A stretch of 62,861 nucleotides of DNA, counting the filler. It is 4 parts of 4 records of this genome, joined end to end, with 100 filler letters (N's around TTAATTAATTAA, not from the genome) between each part and the next. Parts side by side here need not be neighbours in the genome. Positions count along the whole stretch, not along the records: positions 56,627 to 62,861 come from DRR723986_5629; 3 more parts are not named here. One strand, 5' to 3'. Made by a program: the position numbers and the translations under genes. Shown here one piece after another: positions 56,627 through 62,861 of this stretch. Within the stretch, counting starts at the first letter, position 1, and each line of letters begins with the position of its first letter. Below the pieces are notes generated by a model. It was not told the DNA's origin, did not search any database, and saw only the letters and a list, made by a program, of their open reading frames with translations.

Positions 56627-57322
56627 GAGGCGGGTGTCACTGCCCTCGAAGAGATGGTTCGTGCCACAGAAAGTCTCGCGCCGGGGCACGCCAGCATTGG
56701 CCTTTTCGAGAATTGGCAACGGTACGCCCAGGGCGATATCTATGCGAATATCGGCTGGGGCGGGACGCAAAAATACCTTAACCAAACCAAGTCAGCGATG
56801 CAGGGACGCATGGTATTTGGCCCAACGCCCGGCGGACAAATCGGGCAGGGGCCGCTGGCTGTTCCCTACTTCAACTGGGGCTGGAATTTTGTGGTGAGTG
56901 CCACGTCTGATCAACCGGAGCTTGCCTATTTGTTTTCACTTTTTGCCGCTAGCCCACGGATGTCGACGATGGCTGTCGGTCAAGCTGACGGTTTTTTCGA
57001 CCCGTTTCGGGCAGAACATTATCAGGACGAAAAGATTGTCGAGGCATATTCTGCGCCCTTCCTCAAAGTCCACCGAGAGGCGATGCGCAATGCCATTCCC
57101 GATCTCTATCTAAAGTGTCACTCTGAATATTTCGCGGCGTTGGCAAAGGGATTGGATGCAGCGGTCATGGGCAGCGTGCAGCCCGAAGAGGCGTTGCGGG
57201 GGGTTGCGCAAAAATGGGAACTGATTTCCGGCAAGGCGGGGCATGCACAACAGGTTCAGCGATGGCGGAGCCTGCGTGAGAAGTATCCGGCGCATGTGAA
57301 AGCGGCGTTGAAGGACTTATAA
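56627..57322 (+). CDS. Carbohydrate-type extracellular solute-binding protein, C-terminal part
   Basis: GW..VVS..S..PELAY.F, DPFR..HY, EY..AL...L..A..G...PEEAL. Confidence 0.65.
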   Translation, partial: EAGVTALEEMVRATESLAPGHASIGLFENWQRYAQGDIYANIGWGGTQKYLNQTKSAMQGRMVFGPTPGGQIGQGPLAVPYFNWGWNFVVSATSDQPELAYLFSLFAASPRMSTMAVGQADGFFDPFRAEHYQDEKIVEAYSAPFLKVHREAMRNAIPDLYLKCHSEYFAALAKGLDAAVMGSVQPEEALRGVAQKWELISGKAGHAQQVQRWRSLREKYPAHVKAALKDL

Positions 57323-57401
57323 ATTTCTCATGGTGGAGATGTTAAGCAAAAAGAAAGGATGTCTGTGTAGTCCTCTATCTGACTGATTTTTTGAGGACAT
57401 T

Positions 57402-58166
57402 ATGCAAAGCGAACAGATGCCTGCCCAATCTGAAAGTGTTGCCGCCTCTCCGAACACTGGACGAAATTCGCAGGATATCGAGGATTTTATCTATCTTATC
57501 AGCCATGATGTGCGAAGCTCTGTCAGGGCCCTACTTGAGCTGCCAAATTGGATCTCGGAAGATTTGGAAGAGGCCGGGTTTCCTGTGCAAGGGCAGGTTG
57601 CGGCTTCGATTGATCTGATGAACCGACATACCAGCCGACTTGATCGCATGCTGGTGGACCTGCTTACGTTCTCGCGTATTGGCAGAATGCAGAGGGTTGA
57701 AACGCTATCATTGGATGCGGTGCTTGATCAGGTATTGGAAGAGCTTGACGTTCCAGGTGCGTTTGTCGTCACCCGCGATCTGAAGGGGTTAGAAATCACG
57801 ATCGGCAATCGCGACATTCTGACATTGCTGTCAACGCTGATTTCCAATGCAGTCAGGCACCATGACAAGGAGTCTGGTAAGGTACATGTGGCCGCACGGA
57901 TGGATGGATCTGAAGTCGTGCTGACAGTTTCTGATGATGGTCCGGGGATCGCCGAAGAGTTTCGGGAGCGGATCTTTGGCGCGATGATCACATTGCGCCC
58001 GCGCGATGAGGTCGAGGGCAGCGGGATGGGGTTGGCCAACGTTCGCAAAATCGCAAATATCTATGGTGGAACCGCATCTGTGGTCCCGTCGGTCTTCGGC
58101 AAAGGATGTTGCATTGAAGTACGTACAACAGGACAGTGCCCGCCTGACGATCCGAATAAACTTTGA
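57402..58166 (+). CDS. Histidine kinase lacking a sensor domain
   Basis: SHDVRS H-box at about residue 34, NAVRH, DDGPGI, GSGMGL. Confidence 0.9.
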   Translation: MQSEQMPAQSESVAASPNTGRNSQDIEDFIYLISHDVRSSVRALLELPNWISEDLEEAGFPVQGQVAASIDLMNRHTSRLDRMLVDLLTFSRIGRMQRVETLSLDAVLDQVLEELDVPGAFVVTRDLKGLEITIGNRDILTLLSTLISNAVRHHDKESGKVHVAARMDGSEVVLTVSDDGPGIAEEFRERIFGAMITLRPRDEVEGSGMGLANVRKIANIYGGTASVVPSVFGKGCCIEVRTTGQCPPDDPNKL

Positions 58167-58259
58167 ACAAAGAAGATTGACCACTGTACGCGGCATTAAG
58201 GTTTGATAAACATCGCCGCGCCAATCTTTCACTCACAAACGCATGTGAAAGAGAGACCA

Positions 58260-58925
58260 ATGCTACAGTCCGGATCAACAGAACTGCAACCTTCACCGCA
58301 TGTTTCAATGCCCGGTGATATACGGGCGCTGCTGCTGGATGACAGCAATTTTGATCGTGCGCGTATTCGGCGGCTGAGCCAGCGCACGGGCCTTTCGATC
58401 CAATTTGATGAAGTGGATAGCATTGATGCGATGGATCAGGCGGTGATCAATGAAAACTATGACCTGATTTTGATCGACTACCGGCTTCCTGTTGGGGATG
58501 GATTGGTCGCGCTGGATCACATCTTGCAAAATGACCAGAACCGTGATGCCGGAAAAATCATGATCACCGGTAATGGTGCGGTCGACACAGCGGTACAGGC
58601 GATGCGAGGGGGCTGCCATGACTACCTCAGAAAAGATGACATGGATGAGGAAATGTTGCATTGCGCAATCGTCAATGCCCTGACCGTTGCGCGAGAGAGG
58701 CGCTTACAGGTCGCAAATCTGCAAGAGCAGGAGGGCATGATCAAAGACGCGTTGTTGAATGCAATGAACGACCAAGAGTTGCGCAATAATGTTGTTACAA
58801 TGTTTAAACAGGAGTTCGACAGTATGACCGCCCTGCGAAAAGCGCGCCTTACCGATCTGAGCCCGGCAGAAATTGATGCATTGATTTCTGGTTTTTCGGA
58901 CGAGGATGACTTTATTTTTCACTAA
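58260..58925 (+). CDS. Response regulator with non-canonical C-terminus
   Basis: LLDD, IDYRLP..DG, MITG, DYLRK. Confidence 0.88.
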   Translation: MLQSGSTELQPSPHVSMPGDIRALLLDDSNFDRARIRRLSQRTGLSIQFDEVDSIDAMDQAVINENYDLILIDYRLPVGDGLVALDHILQNDQNRDAGKIMITGNGAVDTAVQAMRGGCHDYLRKDDMDEEMLHCAIVNALTVARERRLQVANLQEQEGMIKDALLNAMNDQELRNNVVTMFKQEFDSMTALRKARLTDLSPAEIDALISGFSDEDDFIFH

Positions 58926-58984
58926 CGCGGCATCATTTGGCTTTGCCGCTTGGCGGGGAAGGAAACGACCGCTAAGCCAATGCT

Positions 58985-59833
58985 ATGCGGCTTTTCCTGC
59001 TTATCAGTTTGACCATGGTTGCCTTTGCAGCAAATTCCATTCTCACGCGCCTGGCAATCGCGGGGGGGCATACGGACCCGTCCGGCTTTGCCTTGATCAG
59101 GGTTCTTTCGGGTGCGGTGGTGCTTGGGATGCTGATGACACTGCGCGGAGGCTCCTTGCGTTTGCTGCGCAAGAAACGGCTTCCCGGTGCGTTTAGCCTG
59201 GCCGCCTACATGGTGGGATTTTCGTTGGCTTATCTGACACTTGACGCGGGGCTTGGCGCGTTGATTTTATTTGGTGTGGTCCAGATTACGATGTTTGTTC
59301 ACGCGGCGACCACTGGCATGCGGCCAAGTTTGCGACAGGTGAGTGGGGCAGGGTTGGCATTTGCCGGGCTACTTATTGCGCTTTGGCCGGGCGCGGATGG
59401 GAACACGGATGTGGTTGGTGCCGCTTTGATGGTTGTTGCAGGGCTCGGCTGGGCGGCCTATTCGATCATTGGGCGCGGTGCAGTGGATCCGTTGGCGGCG
59501 ACAACCGCCAACTTCTTGCTTTGTCTTCCCATTCTAATTGTTCTGTTGATTGGACCCGCCTTGTCGATGACCATCACCGGCGCCGCGCTTGCGATCCTTT
59601 GCGGTGGGCTGACATCGGGTCTGGGGTATGCGCTTTGGTATCGGGTTCTGCCGCAGATTGAAGGCGCGACAGCGGCGGTTGTCCAGTTAAGTGTGCCGAT
59701 TTTGGCGATCCTTGGCGGTGCGCTTTTGTTAAATGAAAACGTTGGCGTTTTGCTGATGGTGGCCGCGGCAATGGTTGTTGGTGGGATCGGATGGAACGTC
59801 ACCGCACCAAAGGTTCCAGCGGATCATAGGTGA
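58985..59833 (+). CDS. DMT/EamA transporter
   Basis: AFAANS, GALILFG.VQ, SGLGYALWY, QLSVP; about 10 TM helices. Confidence 0.9.
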   Translation: MRLFLLISLTMVAFAANSILTRLAIAGGHTDPSGFALIRVLSGAVVLGMLMTLRGGSLRLLRKKRLPGAFSLAAYMVGFSLAYLTLDAGLGALILFGVVQITMFVHAATTGMRPSLRQVSGAGLAFAGLLIALWPGADGNTDVVGAALMVVAGLGWAAYSIIGRGAVDPLAATTANFLLCLPILIVLLIGPALSMTITGAALAILCGGLTSGLGYALWYRVLPQIEGATAAVVQLSVPILAILGGALLLNENVGVLLMVAAAMVVGGIGWNVTAPKVPADHR

Positions 59834-60251
59834 TTGCGTTCTGAGGGTCGAAAGCCATAGCGCCAAGGCTGTCTGGCTTGTGATGCACATCGGCCAGTTC
59901 TTCGGCGGTGACCCAGCGCCGATCCGTGACGATCCTGTCAATGTCTTGCCAGTTTGAATCGATCTCGGCTGACCCGATCACGCTACAGCGAAAATAAATG
60001 TCCACCTGATGAAAGCTGCCGTCAGGATCGTGAAATTCGTTCACCAAACAAGGCGCGCCGACCTCGATACGCAGCCCTGTTTCCTCAAACACCTCCCGAC
60101 GTAGGTTTTCAGGTAGGGATGACCCCGCCTCCACCCCGCCGCCGGGGGGGCACATCAATGCGCTTTGTCCGTTTGCGTAGGCATTGACCAAAAGCAATTT
60201 GTTTTCGTGGATCAAAATGGCGCGAACGGCCACGCGTGGATATTCAGACAT
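59799..60251 (-). CDS. NUDIX hydrolase
   Basis: [25 protein letters not shown]. Confidence 0.92.
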   Translation of the reverse strand: MSEYPRVAVRAILIHENKLLLVNAYANGQSALMCPPGGGVEAGSSLPENLRREVFEETGLRIEVGAPCLVNEFHDPDGSFHQVDIYFRCSVIGSAEIDSNWQDIDRIVTDRRWVTAEELADVHHKPDSLGAMAFDPQNAITYDPLEPLVR

Positions 60252-60321
60252 GGCGGATCTTTTCGTCAGGTTAACTGAGGGTAGCATTTCACATGGCGGG
60301 TTTTCAGTCTATCTCAGTGAT

Positions 60322-61110
60322 ATGAACGCACGCTTTGTCATCTCTTTTTTGGTTTTCTGGCTGGTCGCACTGCCCGCTTTGGCCGAACAGCGCTGTGCGG
60401 TCTTGCTGCACGGTCTGGCCCGAAGTGAGACCTCTTTTGCCTTGATGGAAGCCGCGTTGGAGGCGGAAGGATACCGCATTGTTCGCCCCGGCTATCCGTC
60501 AACGGAAGCGTCCATCCAAGACCTGATCAAGCCGACTGTACCGGATGCGATTGCCGAATGCGGGACCGAGAAGGTTGATTTTGTAACCCATTCCATGGGG
60601 GGCATCCTTGTCCGTCAATGGGCCGCAGAAGCGGGCGCAGATATGATTGGCCGCGTTGTGATGCTGGCACCGCCCAATCAGGGCAGTGAAGTTGTTGATG
60701 AATTGGACGATTACAACGTGTTTGGCTGGGTCAATGGACCGGCCGGGGCGCAGATGGGGACGGGGGCGGCTTCACTGCCGCGCAGTTTGCCTGCCGTGGA
60801 CTTTCCGGTGGGTGTGATCGCCGGGTCGCAATCGTTAAATCCCTATTTTTCGTCGCTGTTGCCGGGTGCGGATGATGGCAAGGTTTCGGTTGCATCGACG
60901 ATGGTGGAGGGTATGACAGATCACATCGTCTTGCCGGTGACCCATACCTTTATGATGAACAATCCAAGGGTGATCGCCCAAACCATGAGTTTTCTTGAAA
61001 TCGGATCGTTTGACCGTTCAATGACATGGCTGGACGGTGTTTTGGATTCAATCGGCTGCTCCGATGGGGTGTGCCTGCCCGGAGTGGACCTGCCTGATGA
61101 CAATCCTTGA
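60322..61110 (+). CDS. Secreted alpha/beta hydrolase (esterase/lipase-like)
   Basis: Signal peptide, LLHGL, THSMGG, PPNQGS, DDGKV, HTF. Confidence 0.88.
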   Translation: MNARFVISFLVFWLVALPALAEQRCAVLLHGLARSETSFALMEAALEAEGYRIVRPGYPSTEASIQDLIKPTVPDAIAECGTEKVDFVTHSMGGILVRQWAAEAGADMIGRVVMLAPPNQGSEVVDELDDYNVFGWVNGPAGAQMGTGAASLPRSLPAVDFPVGVIAGSQSLNPYFSSLLPGADDGKVSVASTMVEGMTDHIVLPVTHTFMMNNPRVIAQTMSFLEIGSFDRSMTWLDGVLDSIGCSDGVCLPGVDLPDDNP

Positions 61111-62239
61111 TCTGACCGGTGCTGAGGTGCTGTTGCCGGGTGGGCTGCGGGTTCAGACGGTCTCGTTCGCGCAGGGCATCATGCAGGCGGAACAGGTTGG
61201 CCGTACAGTGGATTTGACCGGCTTTCTGGTGCTTCCCGGTATTATTGACCTGCACGGCGATGCGTTTGAACGCCACCTTGCGCCGCGCCGAGGCGCGATG
61301 AAACAGATGAACGAAGGGTTGATCGCCGCTGAGGCAGAGCTGGCCGCAAACGGGATCACCACCGCCGTTCTGGCGCAATTTGTCAGTTGGGAAGGGGGCT
61401 TGCGCGGGTTGGATTTTGCCGATCAGGTGTTCGGCGCGATCCGTGCCACTGCGCCGGAGGTGGTGACGGACCTGCGGGCGCAATTGCGGTTTGAAACGCA
61501 TATGCTTGATCTCTATGCAGATCTGCCGGACCGCATTGGCCAATGGGGCCTGTCTTATGTCGTGTTCAACGATCATCTGCCCCATGACCGTCTGGCGGCT
61601 GGAAAAACACCGAAACGGATGGTGGGGCAGGCGCTCAAGGCGGGGCGCAATCCCGATGTGCATTTGGCCATGATGCAAGACATGCACGCCCGCCGGGGCG
61701 AAGTGCCCGCGGCGCTGGATGCGCTTTGTGCAACTTTGGCTGAGGCCGGCGTTCAGATGGGCAGCCATGACGACCAAACCAGCGAAGACCGCGAGATCTG
61801 GCGAAAACGGGGCGTGCGGGTGGCGGAATTTCCTGAAACTCAAGCCGCCGCAGAAGCGGCCCATGCAGCCGGAGATGCGGTGGTTATGGGTGCGCCCAAC
61901 GTCGTGCGGGGCGGGTCGCACAATGGCAACCTGTCGGCGGTCGATCTGATTGTTATGGGGATGTGTGACGCGCTTGCCTCCGATTATCACTACCCGTCAC
62001 CACGTCGGGCGGCGTTGATGTTGGCGGACACGGGGCTGTGCGATCTGGCCGCCGCGTGGCATCTGGTGTCGGCAGGCCCGGCCAAGGTGCTGGGGCTGGC
62101 TGATCGTGGCACGCTGGCGCCGGGGATGCGAGCCGATATGGTGATTTTGCACAAAGACAGCCGCCGCGTGGCGGCGACCCTCGCGGGCGGGCAGTTTTCC
62201 TATCTCTCGGGAGAAATTGCCGAGCGGTTTATCGGCTGA
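61097..62239 (+). CDS. phnM: PhnM-like amidohydrolase-fold diphosphatase
   Basis: [39 protein letters not shown]. Confidence 0.88.
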   Translation: MTILDLTGAEVLLPGGLRVQTVSFAQGIMQAEQVGRTVDLTGFLVLPGIIDLHGDAFERHLAPRRGAMKQMNEGLIAAEAELAANGITTAVLAQFVSWEGGLRGLDFADQVFGAIRATAPEVVTDLRAQLRFETHMLDLYADLPDRIGQWGLSYVVFNDHLPHDRLAAGKTPKRMVGQALKAGRNPDVHLAMMQDMHARRGEVPAALDALCATLAEAGVQMGSHDDQTSEDREIWRKRGVRVAEFPETQAAAEAAHAAGDAVVMGAPNVVRGGSHNGNLSAVDLIVMGMCDALASDYHYPSPRRAALMLADTGLCDLAAAWHLVSAGPAKVLGLADRGTLAPGMRADMVILHKDSRRVAATLAGGQFSYLSGEIAERFIG

Positions 62240-62860
62240 TCATCTGCGTTGAATGCGGTTCACATGCCCCATTTTGCGCCCCGGTTTGGTGTCCGACTTG
62301 CCATAGAGATGCAGGGCGCAATCACGCTCTTTCATCAATTCGGGCACGCGGTCCATGTCATCCCCAATCAGGTTTTCCATCACCACATCCGCATGGCGCG
62401 ATCCATCGCCCAGCGGCCAGCCGGTGATGGCGCGGATATGCTGTTCAAACTGATCCACGGTGCAGCCGTTTTGTGTCCAATGACCCGAATTATGCACGCG
62501 CGGGGCAATCTCATTGACCACCAACCCTTGCGGGGTCACAAAAAGCTCGACCCCTAGGACGCCGACATAATCCAATGCATTCAGGATGTTGGCGGCCATC
62601 AGGACGGCATCCATGCGTTGGGGCGCGGTCAGTTTGGCAGGCACAGTGGTGCTGTGCAGGATGCCATCACGATGCACGTTTTCACCTGGATCAAAGCACG
62701 CCACATCGCCCTGTGGGCTGCGGGCGGCGATCACGGAGACTTCGTGGCTGAATTCGACAAACCCTTCGAGGACGGCAGGCGCGCCTTGCATGTCAGCGAT
62801 GGCCTGATCCGCGTCGCCGGCGCTGCGCAGCCGGGCTTGACCTTTGCCGTCATAGCCAAA
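62240..62860 (-). CDS. purK: N5-CAIR synthase, 5'-truncated
   Basis: FGYDGKGQ, NEIAPRVHNSGHWT, QFEQHIRA, HLYGK....GRKMGH. Confidence 0.96.
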   Translation of the reverse strand, partial: FGYDGKGQARLRSAGDADQAIADMQGAPAVLEGFVEFSHEVSVIAARSPQGDVACFDPGENVHRDGILHSTTVPAKLTAPQRMDAVLMAANILNALDYVGVLGVELFVTPQGLVVNEIAPRVHNSGHWTQNGCTVDQFEQHIRAITGWPLGDGSRHADVVMENLIGDDMDRVPELMKERDCALHLYGKSDTKPGRKMGHVNRIQRR

Positions 62861-62861
62861 C

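Overview
The window is not one locus. It is four unrelated contigs joined by artificial 100-bp linkers (44 N + TTAATTAATTAA + 44 N) at 16316-16415, 41119-41218 and 56527-56626. (1) 1-16315 is a gammaproteobacterial-type heavy-metal island. It begins at the 3' end of a tRNA-Ser, followed by an IHF site, arm-like repeats and a decayed tyrosine-integrase C-terminus that the ORF track misses. It carries CadR plus an HMA-CDF, czcI-C-B-A, a P-II-like gene, a DUF6316-like gene, CzcD, an ICMT-SRPBCC-ICMT block with an attC-like relic, DmeR/DmeF and a flavin monooxygenase, and ends in an ISCR/IS91-family element. (2) 16416-41118 is planctomycete-like: manC, pgsA, CPBP protease, S41 protease, PLP decarboxylase, metK, lutA-like, ROK kinase, LRAT-family protein, Tat TIM-barrel protein, PEP-CTERM metalloprotease, sucAB, MoxR, CvpA-like and a membrane-anchored GspE-type ATPase. 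(3) 41219-56526 is a high-GC alphaproteobacterium (Hyphomonas-like): tRNA-Gln, a TtpC-type TonB operon with two exbD and two tonB, coxD/coxE-like genes, an orphan gene with a 10-bp phased repeat array, PaaI/TetR, priA and atpHA. (4) 56627-62861 is Roseobacter-like: solute-binding protein, sensorless kinase plus receiver protein, DMT, NUDIX, alpha/beta hydrolase, phnM-like and purK. No CRISPR array was seen. Taxonomic and family calls come from protein motif recognition, not database searches. The best novelty candidates are the orphan gene with its phased repeats (50997-51850), the accessory modules of the metal island, a candidate structured RNA (16531-16697) and the LRAT and GspE loci.
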